Part shown: positions 14,901 through 28,166 of the stretch, one piece after another
How positions within the stretch are numbered: the first letter of the stretch is position 1
How the letters are laid out: each line of letters starts with the position of its first letter
DNA from: Paragordius varius
Lineage: Eukaryota > Animalia > Nematomorpha
DNA: 64,000 nt
Reading direction: 5' to 3'
Assembly (NCBI GenBank): GCA_964247055.1
Contig: OZ176051.1
Span: 5,084,001-5,148,000 of the forward strand
The notes under the pieces: model-generated
What the model was told of the DNA's origin: nothing
The model's input: the letters and a program-made list of their open reading frames with translations, nothing else
Databases searched by the model: none
Made by a program: the position numbers and the translations under genes

Positions 14901-17900
14901 TATGGTTCTCCTCTTAAACCTTACACACCTATCGTTGTAACACTTTGGTACCGAGCGCCTGAATTATTGCTGGGAACTCCGAAATATTCTACTGCCATAG
15001 ATTTGTGGTCTGTTGGTTGTTTGTTTGGAGAATTGCTTACGCTTAAACCCTTGTTCCAAGGCAAAAGTGAAATGGACCAACTCAATAAAATTTATAAGGT
15101 AACATACATACAACATATAATTTTTTTATTAGTAATAAGATTTAAAAATTAGATCTAACATTTCATTTTATTTTATATTATAGGATCTAGGTACCCCCAA
15201 TCAAACCATATGGCCAGATTATAACAATCTTCCAATGGTCAAAAAAATTAATTTTGTCGATTATCCCTACAACAATATAAGGAAACGATTTACTGGTTGT
15301 TTACTTAGCGACAGTGGATTCGATTTGCTCAATAAGTAATTTATAAAACTTTTTTCATGAATTTTTATTAATCATCTTTAATAAATTAAGACAATTATAT
15401 AATGTAAAGATAAGTACAAATAAAAAAATCAAGCATTTATAAATATGGTTGTCCTTATATTTTCAACCTCTTATTGTATAATGAATGGTTTTAAAATAAA
15501 AAATAATTTTTTGTTTTACAAAACAGACTCCTAACGTATGATCCTGAAGTACGGTTTACAGCTGAACAAGGGCTTAATCATGCATTTTTCCAGGAATCCC
15601 CGCTCCCTATAAATCCTGCCCTCCTACCCACTTATCCAGCTAAAAGTGAAATGGGTGGTTTGCCTTCCACAAATGCTACCAATGCCAATTATAATCAATC
15701 ACAAAATGTTAATCAACACCATCATGCGAAACATAGCCCAAGACCACCTTCCGGTGGCAAACAATACGATAATCTTATGGCTTCAGAAACGGGTGAACAT
15801 ATTTATGATATGACTGATAAAACCAAAAATGCCGAATCTAAGGCAAAGACGACATCATCTTCGCTATTCATACCCTCAGGTCAAAGTTTAGCCGTTTTTG
15901 ATAAGGCGTACGAAGAATCCCGACTGGAAAGTGAAGCTGAACGCTTAAGGGCTCAATTGTTGGAGGAGACGTTAGGAAAATCTAACACTCTTCAGCACCA
16001 ATCGGCGTCCCAACATCAAACGGATGATGAAACAAACGCAAATACTGAAGAACCTAATGATAATAATCATCGTCAAACTAATATTTCTTTACAGAAACAG
16101 CAACAACAACACACAATGGTGATTGAAGCTGATCCGTATCAAACTTTGCTCTCATCATATGCCACTAGTAAATGGGAATCAAATAATGCAAACGAAACAA
16201 CTTTTGGAGAAGAATCCTTTAGCAATACTAATTATGATTCGAATTCAATAAGCCCATCACTCAATAATCCACTACTAGAATCTTCTGATCCATCAAAGAA
16301 GGATAATTTACTCTTCAAGGATGAAAAACACGATAAAAAATTAAAAGATTCCACTAATAATTATTCATATGATATTTCCCCACCCTTGCTCCCAAGTTCA
16401 CTCCTAACCGAAGACGATAACATTGTAATTTATGAGAAAGACACCCTCTTTATGGATAGTGATGTTGACGACGACGACATGTATGGCAGAAATCATGAAA
16501 GAGATACCATGACTGATAATGTTAATGACCATAATAATATAATTAGTCTTTCACCATCTTCACTGGTTAAACATGCACGGCGTTTGGCCCTAGAAATACC
16601 CCAAGTAGATAAATCATCTGGTAGAAAACATCCCCGCATTGAAGGAACATTAGCGGAAAAACCCATTGTTCCTCTTAATGGGCAAGAAAGTTATGATGGA
16701 GATGATCAGCAACAAACCACATCACAACCTAAACGAAAATACCATGAAAAAGATTACATAAATCCTAAGAAAGCTAGCGCATTTCTTTACAAAAGCCTCA
16801 TGGGTTCAAAGGATGGCGAAAATGGTAAGTTTAGCTTTTCATAATCAAATTTAACGTGTAAAGTAATTTTATATTTGGACAGCAATTAACATATTTGTAT
16901 TGCAACTAGTTTAAGTTACATTTTTTTTCTGAATGCATAAAAACCCGTTAATAACAAACTTAAAATATAAAAAACGGAATACCCTTGAAACCAGAATCTA
17001 CAAACTTTTTTCATAAACATTCTCAAATATGAACAAGTGTTGAAGCTTTTATGAGTCCTTTTAAGTCCTTACCCTTTAATAGAAAAGGAAAACGGTATGC
17101 TACCAATCAATTTTTAATATTAATTGTTTATTTTATTGATACTTCAGAGAGTCAAGAAACATCCAGCGGCGCTAATATAAGCAATACTAAAAAATCATCA
17201 CACAAGAAACACAGCAGCAGTAATTCAGGGCATGACAAGGAAAGGCGGCAAGTCGAACAATCAAATGTTAGAGATGAAGGACATCACAGTCATAAACAAA
17301 AACACAGGAGGCACCATAGGCATAAATCTAATATCGACGATGAAGAGCGACAAACTCACCATCATACAAGCAGCACAAAAAGGGACCATACTAAACGTAA
17401 AGGTATGCAATTCTTTCTATCATAATTTTATTGAAGGCTTTATAAAGGTTAAAAATATTTTAAAATTTAATTAAGTATGATAATTTCATCGGCAAAGTAA
17501 AAGATATTTGTATTAAAAAGTCAAATATTATATATATATGTATATTCGTTTTATTGTGGATTATCATTGAAAAACTCAGTTTTTTTTACCTAACCCATTT
17601 TTATATTACCGTATCAGGATGAGCATGTTTGAAAGCACGAATTTACCCGTAGATTATATATAAAAAAATTATTTTTACGCAAAATATGTATATTTAATTT
17701 TTGATATATTCTACGAAAATATAATTTTACCAAAAACTTTTCTTTCTAAATCGTCCATTTCTGCTTATAGATAGTAGTGATGAAACAATGTCAATAAAAT
17801 CTGTCATAAAACAACAACATAAACAACACAGAGATCATTCTCGCAGTAAACGTGATAACAATAATACTCATACTCAAAAATCAAACATACTACCCCCTTC

Positions 17901-17919
17901 TGCCCCCTTTAATAGGTGA
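8969..17919 (+). CDS. CDK11: Cyclin-dependent kinase 11 (PITSLRE), about 926 aa. Exons 8969-9135, 9212-9396, 9423-9544, 9738-9843, 14333-14477, 14897-15098, 15184-15335, 15527-16824, 17148-17402, 17771-17919
   Basis: [76 protein letters not shown] and SPRPP. All junctions are GT-AG and in frame (2781 nt). The first exon and the last two exons have no homology support. Confidence 0.9.
11530..12680 (+). mobile_element. 5'-truncated RTE-clade LINE reverse transcriptase relic in CDK11 intron 4
   Basis: [26 protein letters not shown] (YADD decayed), FKYLGDVI and [11 protein letters not shown], with stops and frameshifts between ORFs 11577-11945 and 12020-12469. Confidence 0.85.
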
Positions 17920-19019
17920 TATAAATGGACACATACATAGCTAACAAATACCTCAACTATGCAAAATATGGACACAATCTTGTGTGATTAATGTGTTTGA
18001 TTGAATTTCATGCGAATATAAATATATATAATTGTACAGTGATTCATATTAATAAATTATATTTATTTAGCGTCCCTCAATATATTAGTGTAATCGAAAC
18101 CGTTTTTGTAAGACCAAAAATACTTCGAAGCTAAAAAAAATGAAAACGAATATGTTTTTTTGATATTATTTCCTATTTTATCTAACATAAAAAAAAGATA
18201 TTTTAATTGGTAATTATCAATTTTCATATCGTATAAACTTTAAAGAGTAAATATTTTGTTAAAAACAGTCAATGGCCAAATAATTTTTATTTTTTAAATT
18301 AATCTTGGAAAATTTAATTAACTAGGGTTGGAAACATGCGGCCTTATCTAAACTGAGTGGTCTGTCAAAATCAATATTTTTGACAAAAATCAGTGTGCCG
18401 AAACCTCGTAAGTTAAATCCCCTACTAGCAAATAAGATGGCTCACTTAGCATGTGTAACATATCATTGGGTCGGTTTTCTTTGCACCAAACGTTAAATTA
18501 ACAACCGTTAGACCTTTCATTACAATTGGTCTGAAAAGCTCAGTTTTGCTTAAACAATCCGTATAGAAATTAATTACTTATAATAAACCACGGATGGAGA
18601 GTTAAAAATAAATTATGGGAGAACTGAATAGATAAAGGATCAATCTTAGTGGGTTTTTTGGGACATTGTTGTTTTTTTTAAACGTGAATAAAAATAGTTT
18701 ATTTTGTTTTTAGTCATATTTATAATTGATAAAAAATGAATATAATAAAGTTGCATGTGCAGCATACCAAAATGGCACGCCTTCGAAAACCCACCATCTG
18801 TCTTAAGATATTACAGAAATTCTGTTATGGCTCTAAAACGGAAAACTTGACCCCCCCCAAAAAAAAAATCTAGTATTTAACTAAAAAATTCAATTTTCCT
18901 ATTATAAGGAAAATCCTATTTTTTTCAGAATGACTATTATATATCTTGGCAAAAGTTTCTTTTGGATCAAACTACAATTTTAGACGAATTATTTTAAATA
19001 GTGCCTTATCGCTCATGAG

Positions 19020-19760
19020 TGTCATAATACATAACCTGTCTCGCCATAGGACTTTGGCCCTGATGTGTTCGGCTTTAAGCTAGTATATATATTGCCATTG
19101 CTTTTTTGATTGCGTCCCTCCATCCTATTTTAGGGTCCCCACGTCCTTCTGTTCCTTCAAATATATGACTATTATCATTTAGGTTTTATAATGAGAATCT
19201 CCCTTTTAACGCCCAAACTAATTTAGTCTATTTTGTGTCATTCTTTGTGCTACATCCGTCCTTACATAAGTATCTCTATTCTGAACTTTGTCCTTTCCTT
19301 TTACCCAACATATCTCAAGCATTTTCAATTAGTTAACCAGAAAACATGCTGTAATCTTTTTCATGTCTATCACCTCGTAATCTTTCTTCTTTTCCCTGTA
19401 CCATTTTAGAACGCGTTCCAGGAAATTTATTCCTGCTTAAAATTTCTGCAATTTCCACAGATTATTTAAACATTTTTCGTAATTTAGACACCTCATTCTA
19501 ATTACGCATATTGGTCTGTTAGTAGATTTGTGTGCGCCGGGTCAAAGTGTATCCATAGAAATACGCTTTCCATTTCTTTTAGATCTCTTTCTTTTTACAC
19601 AGCATGTTTCCATCTTTAAGTTTTGTTGCAATCGCATACCCTAACAGACTATATCTTATTCATCTTTGCTTTTGTAATCGGACCAACTAATTTTTTCTGA
19701 TCATTCATGTCTCTCTGCTATTAAGTCTCTTATTATGTCTGGCAATTATGTCCCCAAATG
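19020..19760 (-). mobile_element. Decayed RTE-clade LINE 3' region
   Basis: Broken frames give KMLEICWVKGKDKVQNRD, RLN*FG and GRGDPKIGWRDAIK, similar to RTE C-terminal motifs. Confidence 0.55.
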
Positions 19761-20569
19761 TAGAATTAAGAGCATCATAAATTTAGATATTATGGTAACA
19801 AAAGAGGTCATTTCAGTATTTAGCATTTATTCCGCATTAATGTTTATCGAAGCAGGAAAAAGAGAAATTTACGAAATTCTATACATAAAATTAGCTATAC
19901 CTTAGCTCAGAAATAAATTTATATGGATTTTAATGGTCATCTTGACTCAAGCGAGAATCTTTAGAAATGTAACAAGGGGAACATTATTATAAAAGAGGAA
20001 GGCGTTGGTTTTCTTAAATCTGCACAATCTATCTCTACACGTTTTAAAAAAGAAAATGTTATTAATAACCTTCAAAAGCGGTATACATGCGTCAAAAAAA
20101 GATTTATTACTCCGCGAGATTTTTAGTTGATCTAACGTACCAAAAAATTAGCTTTTAGCATAATTTATAATATTTTTTGTCAAACAAACCTTGTTCAAGA
20201 AGATCAAAATCTACATGGGAAAAAATTATCAGAAAAAGGTATACATTTATAAAAGAATATTTTCATCTGATGGTGACCTAAGTGGTGAGTAAATCTAAGT
20301 TAACCAAACCATTAAATATGTCGGAACATGAGTCTGTATATTAAAAAAGGTAAATCTCAATTATCTGGAGAGACGTATGGTTAATTATGAACGGATAATA
20401 ATAATAAAATCACGAGAAAAGGGTAAGACTTTAGAATGGAAACAAAGTAAGAAATATGTTGATAGATATACTACGTAAAGAAACTTATAAACAGGAAATC
20501 AGGAGAAAGTTTTTTTTGGATGAGTGTGTTCATAAAGAATGTTATATCAATAAATATATTTATATATTT

Positions 20570-23500
20570 TTAATCACAGTCATAGATTTCAGGATTATGG
20601 TTATGCTTGTTATGAATAATATCATTGAGTAATATATTGAGAGTGTTCAAAATATCTTGCTGTTTCTCGGTTTCAGTCTTTGGTGCATTAACCTGATCTA
20701 CCAATTTTAGGGATAAATATTTCCCAATATGTTGACAAATGTTGGATAAAAATTCATGTGTATTCCCACCATCCTAGTTAACAATGTTAGGAAAAATATA
20801 TTGTTAATTTTTATAGATTTTAATTATTAATTAATTTATCGAAATTAATAAGAATACGTATACTACTAATAAATTAAAAAACAATTTAAATACATAAATA
20901 ATTTTTGATCGAGTATAACCTTTAGGATACATTGTAACAAATTATATTGGTAATGATTGGATGATTTTATATCACAGCTCATAAGATTTTGACAAAAGCC
21001 TAAACAATCGTAGGAACACAATATTCTCAGGCACACATTGAGTAACTCCGCTTCGATAGTGTTCAATTTAAAGGTTGCATCATTCTTATTCAAAAGGAGG
21101 AGGGATTCGAAATGAGTTAATAAATGTTTCAAAAAAATCCAAATTTGCGGAGAATATATGGAATCAATTTCATCCGTATCATATAATTGTTGTAAGAGAT
21201 TATTTAAAGTACCAATGTGAATGGAATTATAAAAATTTGGATTTTTTAAGTCCACCTCAGTAAGATAAGATAGGGACAATTGTATGAAAGCATTAAACCA
21301 TTGAGCCATCGTATCAAAATTTTTGGGTTTAGCAGTGACAAGCTCATAAAATTTTTGTTTCAATTTATACTAATATATTATAAAAAGTAACAAAAAATAA
21401 AATAATTATGGAATATAAATACAGAATATAAAAAATAAAAATTATCGTACAATCATCTGAGATAGTTCCAAATTTTGTTTTATATCAAAACATTGTTCTT
21501 TGATTAAAATATCGACAAGAATTGAAATGTTAGAGGGAACCCCAATGTAACATAGGCGTAACGCATCTTCAATAAAGTGCAATTGTTCCGAAGCTTTATA
21601 TACAAACATTATAAAAAAATGAAATTTAATTATTCAAGGAAAAAATAAATTTTAAATTCAGTTGATAATCTAAATAAATTTTACTGCCAAGTTCCAGGAT
21701 AAAAGTATTTACACAATCCAATGTTTCCCAAATAGTATCTATATGATTGTTACGTAGGATTTTGTCATTGACATCATTTTGATTAATATTATCAATTTTG
21801 TCTGAGTTTACATACAATGTAAGTTTGGGCTTTTCACATAACTTTTCACAAAGGTGTGGAAATAGGGTATGTATTAATTGAAAAATTTTCTTTTTTGGTT
21901 CAATGTGAATTGATTTTTTTAATATTTTACTTGTGATATATAGGGTGTTTATGGCAAGAGTAAAATTTTTATTATTAATATTATTATCGTTATTCATGAG
22001 ATATGCTTTCCATTCAGAAATGTTTATATTTTCAAGTATCAATGTAATGTTATTAAAAACATCAGGCCACCAAATATTATCATTTAACGATTCTTTTGTA
22101 GTCTCTTTTTCCAAAAATAAATCAAGATGATTAAGTATTTTAAGGTAGCTTTGCCAAGCGTTAAGATCAATTTTTGACCATACACAATTCATACATATGA
22201 GGTATTGATTAACACATTTTGTCACCAAACTTTCCTTTAAAGACAACGACGTGGGAAAAATAAATAAAAACTATGAATTTGGAAGTTTATTATTTAATAT
22301 CAAAGGATAAGAACGATCTAAATTGTATTATGTATCCCATAAAAGTCTTACTTAGCCATGACTGACGAAATAATTAAAAATGACGCAACTTTAATAAATA
22401 TATTTTCAGAACGTTGTGATGAGTTCAACACCTTAATTACTAATTTTATTGAAATTGCAAAAATTCTAAAAATCGCTTAAGTTATATGTAGGCGAATATA
22501 AGCCGTTTGTACGAAAATTAAAACAATATACTATTGAATGAACAAGGCACAATATTTAGCTAAACTATGATATTTAAATGTTAGGTTTGTTTAAAAGATA
22601 AAAAAAATCGATGCATATTAATTTACAAACGAATGAAATCCATATCAGACTTCTTATTTTTTTAATTCTTTATTATAACCATTTTTTTATTAAACGATTT
22701 ATCCTTTTTCATAATAAAAATGCAAAATTATGAAAAATAAATGGTCGTTAGAAGCAAAAGTTTGCAATACCTACGCTTAAGTATACATAATATAATTCAA
22801 TTTTAAAAAGTATTATAAACTAATAATAATTAAATATTTCTCAAAATATAATTTTAAGTAGGTTTGGATAGTAGCCATCCAACCCAAATTGTATGGAAAA
22901 CATATATGCATAATAAAAATTGATTGAAATGTTAAATGATTAATAATTTTATTGTTGGAAAACTTTGAATATACTATTTTAACAATTTATTGCGACAAAT
23001 CACTTAAAGACTAAATGTTATTAAAATTTATATACTTTGGCACATCTCGAATTTAATAAAGTCGTGATTGCCCTTTCATGATTGAGTATATTGGCGTTGT
23101 CTATTGGATCATCTAAACTTTTAATATAATAGACAGTACCTCTCATTTTATCTGAATATATTGTGAATATAGATTCAACCATGGAATCAGGAAAACGGAA
23201 ATTATATCTAAATTTATTATTTGTATGTTAATGCAATATAAAAACTTGATAATATAATCCGAAAAAAGTAGGATGTCGTTTTGATTTTGAGAATAAAATA
23301 TATTTTGGAAATTCGAACAAATTTCGGATAATTCATTTGCATTGTTAGGGAGTAAATGCTGCACCAAAGTAAATAAATTGCAAATATCTTTAGTTTCCAT
23401 TGACATGTCGCTTAAAACTAATCGAATGAAATCGTTTTGAAATTTATTTGTATTAATTATATCCAAATAATGACCAATGTTTATTGTTTTCGTTTTCTTA

Positions 23501-23958
23501 AATTGGCTTATAATTTGATAGGCTATTAATGAATTAATTTTGGGTTCCAGCAGATATTTGTCTTTAATAAATAAATAAAATGGGGTCATATCATCTTAAA
23601 TATATACATTTATACCTTTATAATGCCCAAACTTTGCACGATGTATTAGGATGTCCAAAATTAAAGGACTCTTATTTGATATGTCAAAATTTATTGGATA
23701 TAATTTTAAGCCTTCGTTGTAAAATTGCTCAATATGACTAATCAATTTAAATATTAGTGTATTGGGTTTAACAACGCTACATAAGATATTATACAAGTCT
23801 TGAACTTGTATGCCTAAATAAAATTTTAAATTACTATAGAGTTTAAAGAAATCAGTTAATGCGTCATATATTTGATTTTCATTATTCAGATCTTTTTCTT
23901 GTATCGAAATAATCAGTTTTTCGAAAACATCTTTTGCACCGTTCTTGAATAAACACAT
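20570..23958 (-). CDS. Unidentified multi-exon, Leu/Ile/Asn-rich, probably alpha-helical protein of roughly 900 aa; exon structure around 22250-23040 unresolved
   Basis: Successive minus-strand ORFs (23596-23958, 23143-23589, 21626-22246, 20866-21363) can be linked by GT-AG introns, including a 21-nt intron at 23595-23615; terminal exon 20773-20570. No family recognised. Confidence 0.6.
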
Positions 23959-24038
23959 GCTTAGCCGAACTTTAAAAAAGTTTATTTAATTTTACAAAAA
24001 ATAGTTTGACGTGTACTAATTACTATCGGTTTATTCGA

Positions 24039-24367
24039 ATGAAAACAAGTGCCATCAATTTACATGAATCTCCAAATGAATTAACCAATTTATTGAATAA
24101 GAAATGGGAAATAAATGAGGGAAAAACGTTCATCTCCAAAACATTTATGTTTAAGAATTTTAACGAGGTAATTTGTATCATATTATTTCGAAGGCTTTTG
24201 GTTTTATGACACGAATTGCCCTAGAATCGGAAAAAATGGATCATCACCCAGAATGGACAAATGTTTACAATAAAGTGAATATTAAATTGAATACACATAC
24301 AATAGGAGGAATTTCTAACAAAGATGTAACTTTAAGAGAATTTATAGAAAGTTTATATTCATCATAA
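24039..24367 (+). CDS. PCBD1: Pterin-4-alpha-carbinolamine dehydratase (PCBD/DCoH), 100 aa; exons 24039-24167 and 24194-24367
   Basis: FKNFNE|[28 protein letters not shown] after removing a 26-nt intron. PCBD1 versus PCBD2 orthology is not resolvable. Confidence 0.9.
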
Positions 24368-24433
24368 ATAATTATATATTTGTTCTATTTATAAAAATAA
24401 ATAATTTATTTACAATATGTATAGAAGAAGTGT

Positions 24434-24733
24434 TCATATAAAATTTTCCGACCATATTTTGAGACAATTATAGCAATCTTGAGCTTGTTTACTATTGGCT
24501 CCACATGTATCTTTAATCCAATCTATAAATAATTCGGAATCTTTTTTAAGTAGAAGAAATTGACCAAGCATGACATAAGCCTACATTATAAAATTACAAA
24601 AAAAAACCTTATCAAAACCTTTATCATAGAGGCGTTTGCCGAGAATTTCACCAATGCCAGCTATATCCGTGACATCTTTGTCGCCCATAGGCTCTGAAAT
24701 AAACTCTGAATGTTTTTTGGATGTTGAAGACAT
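24434..24733 (-). CDS. BANF1: Barrier-to-autointegration factor, 90 aa; exons 24733-24608 and 24580-24434 (absent from the ORF track)
   Basis: [42 protein letters not shown]|[48 protein letters not shown] aligns end to end with BAF. Confidence 0.95.
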
Positions 24734-26082
24734 TATTGAGATGAATGAATGACTAGCCCATCGTTATATATTTTGAACATATTTTGCCCATAAAAAAATT
24801 AATTATTTACTGAAAAATAAATAAATTATAAATCTTAACAGAATATTTTATGAATTTATAGTTAGTACACTTAAAAGGCATATTCTTGCAATGTCACAAT
24901 GCAAATAATTGTGTTTCAATATCCTCCTTTATATTTTCTATACTAATTGAGCCAGTTAACATTTTATTTTAAATAAAAGTGTTTTTTGTTTCTCTAAATT
25001 GTGATTTTTGAAACCATATTAAATAATTAATTCCATCAGACTTTTAATCTTAGAGACGCCATGGGGTTTTCTTCCCCAAAGCTAAATATTAAATCAGAAA
25101 ACAAATAAATTGCATATGTGTTTAAAAATATTTTGAAGTCTTAATGCTTCATTCCTATCATCAACTACATATAAAAAGCGAAACAATATATTTCTAAAAT
25201 TTTAATTATCAGATAAGAGCTCCAAAAGCCCCATATTTGCCTTTCTAAATGGGCTAGTTCTCAAAATACTTAAATACAACGCTTATATCCAGTCCCTCGA
25301 TTCAAATTGGGGTGGTATCTAAATATTTTAAAAAATAAGGAATTAATTGAAATCAATACAAATTGCATATATAAAACATTACTGAACAATAATATAATAA
25401 AAAATTTATTCAAAATTACTTCATATTACTTATTCAAAGGCTGAAACTAAAGGTAAAAACTTAGCCAAAATGACATGTGTGCATAAGCTAAATGTAAAAA
25501 TAATGAAAAATTAACCACATCTGTTTCTATCAATGTTAGATGTGATTTAAATAAAAGTAGCTTTTTTTAACTTAAAGTTAAAAAATTTGATTATCCAAAA
25601 ATAAATAACTGGATTGAAGAATTTAAAAAATTAAGAAATATTATAACTCCCTCCTAATGAGAATAAACGCAATAAAATTGTTAATTTTTTCATACAAAAA
25701 ATTATCTTGAAATCATAGCCATACATAGCGTCTAAAATCGCGGGTGTTTATAAAAATATTCTGATACATATAATATGATGGGAAAATGTATCAAGATTAT
25801 TATGATTTTTTGGTTTTGGTCCCAACGAGTGATTTAATTTTATTTACTCTTTTTTAACTGCTGTATCCAAAAATGGCAAAATTAGCGTACAATTAGTAAA
25901 TGATTTTTGATAAAAGCTGAATGATTCATTTCATAAAATATCTCTAAATATCATACTGCATATTCAAAACAAAATATTTAAAATAATTTTTAGATAGGGA
26001 CTCCGAAAATCCCAAATTTATTCGCCCCTCTAAAATGGCTAGTCACTTATAAAGGGGGCTATAAAATTTGACATCGAAAGTT

Positions 26083-27670
26083 TTTTCCGAAAAAATGGAT
26101 TTCGCTTAAAAATTTAATTTATAGAAAAATTTTGTTGAAGCGTACTTTATATTGTTTTGAGGCAGGATAAAACAGTAACGCTCAAAGATATCATAAAATA
26201 ACATTTTTTCTAAATTGAATGATGCTGAACATTTCTATTAAAAAAGCAGGGCTTGGATCCAGAACCGCAAGAGCCGGTGCTATAACCGGTTCCGGGTTCT
26301 TTGATGAAATTGTTGTTGCACGATGAGGACCGGAATTGTAACAGTGTTAAAATATTGAAAAAATCGTTTTGGAACATGTGTAAATTTTTAAAAAACCGGT
26401 TGCGAAACCGAAAAAAATGTAAAGAACAGCAAACGGAACCAGTTGATTCAGAAAACCGATTTAGAACTGGTACTGCATTAGAAATCAAGTTTTTAAATTT
26501 ATTATGGCAAAGCTTTAAATATTGATTAACTCTAATATAATAATATAAAATACATCGAGCAAATTACTCTTTCAGATCTTTTTTGGCATCTAAGGTTATT
26601 GTTTGAGTTATATCAGTTGAAAATAATTGTATAATGGAATGTTTGGTGAGTAAATAGCAGCAATATCTTATATGCCCAATGCTTTTTTCTGCAGTGCATT
26701 TGGATGCTCGTTTTAAAGAAGAGCTTTCATGCAATGAAAAATACATTAAAAGAAATACTTATCGCTTCATAGATGTATCACGTCGAATAAAGTAAGACAT
26801 GAAAATTCAATGGAAGGCAATAATTTTGATGCTTTTAAGGAGAAATATACACTGAGACAATAACAAATTCATAAAATATATAATATTTGATTTTGATAAA
26901 ATTTCATTACACAAAAATTTTGGAAATGAAGAGATTTAAAGTTTAAAAATCGCGAATTGTATAATCTTGCCAAAATAATTATGGGAATACCAGCATCCCA
27001 GGATATATTACTAATATTTTAGGTCAGTGTAGAAAGATCATTTTCAACTTTAAAATTTATTTGCTTGACTTAGATCATTATTGTCACAATTGAAATTGAA
27101 CAAAAATAAATTAGATATGATTTAATTTTTTTTAGCTTTGTAGAGATATTAATAAATAAATTTACAAATACGTAATCTACACTTATCCGATTGTTTGATA
27201 ATTATATTATCTATCATTATGTAATTAAATAATAATAGGTGCTTACTGTATTGATATAATCTGATATTTTGAATATATGATCGGAACCAATCCGGAACCG
27301 CAGCAGTTTTAAAATTTTAAGAACCGTTTTAGAACGAGTTCTTCTTTTAAATTAACAGGTTCTAGAACCTAAAAGATGGAAAGAACCGAAATCAGTTAAA
27401 ATTTTAAGAACCGTTTTGGAACCGGTTCCAAATTTAGGCTCGGGGATCAAGCTCTGGAAAAAATTAAATATATGCAACAAATATAGTGAGATGAAAAAAT
27501 TATTTAACCCAACTTCTGAGGTGATAGAAATAATTAACATCATCGAATGTGTTTTAATCTTTAATTGTTTTTATACTGTTTTAATCATGCCACAAAATAG
27601 TAGCAAGTACGCTTCAATAAAATTTTGTTATAAATTAAATTTTGGGGCAAAATACCCATTTTTTCGGAAA
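26083..27670. mobile_element. Long-TIR element (family of 5934-6251) interrupted by a nested hAT
   Basis: Left end TTTTCCGAAAAAATGG...TTTTGTTGAAGCGTACTT and right end AAGTACGCTTCAATAAAA...CCATTTTTTCGGAAA are complementary. Confidence 0.6.
26247..27456 (+). mobile_element. Internally deleted hAT transposon with transposase relic
   Basis: Termini CAGGGCTTGGATCC and GGGGATCAAGCTCTG; SAVHLDARFK (LDPR-like motif) near 26690; ELYNLAKIIMGIPASQ and VSVERSFSTLKFI (hAT dimerisation domain) at about 26940-27060. TSD only 6/8. Confidence 0.75.
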
Positions 27671-28166
27671 TATTTTTTTGTTAAAGTTTAGCATTTATTC
27701 AGATTTGTAGCAAAATCTCAGCATTCTTGATTTTAAGAGAACTAGCCGTTTTTGGAAAGGCGACAGAATTTGAGACTTACGGAGCCCATATCTAAAAATT
27801 TAAATTTTTAAAAAATATTTTTTTGCTTAAATATGTAGATATTGATATCTTTTTTGGATTTTACCAAAAATTATTGAACAAAAAAATGTGCGTTAATTTT
27901 CTCACTTTTGTGGAGCAGTTACCGCATCACCATGATACTGATAAACTTTATTTAAATAGATATATACAACATCAGAATATTATTTTATGGACAGTGTGCC
28001 ATGTAATTTTTGAAGCAATACAATACGGAAACCACGTATTTATATATAATTCTCCGTTTGATATTTAGAATCAAAATAAAATAAGCGTAGCTTAAATTAA
28101 ATTAGGCTTAAATGAAACAAAAATACAACTTTTAAAACTTGATTATTATTTACTAAAATATTATAA

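Noticed and set aside
20200-20450. Possible additional RTE fragment (FSSDGDLSGE)
   Set aside because: A single short motif in heavily broken frames.
22990-23010. In-frame TAA in the unknown gene suggesting a variant genetic code
   Set aside because: YEATS4, PCBD, DHTKD1 and HSP90 end at TAA and BANF1 and VPS33A at TGA as expected; splicing explains it more simply.
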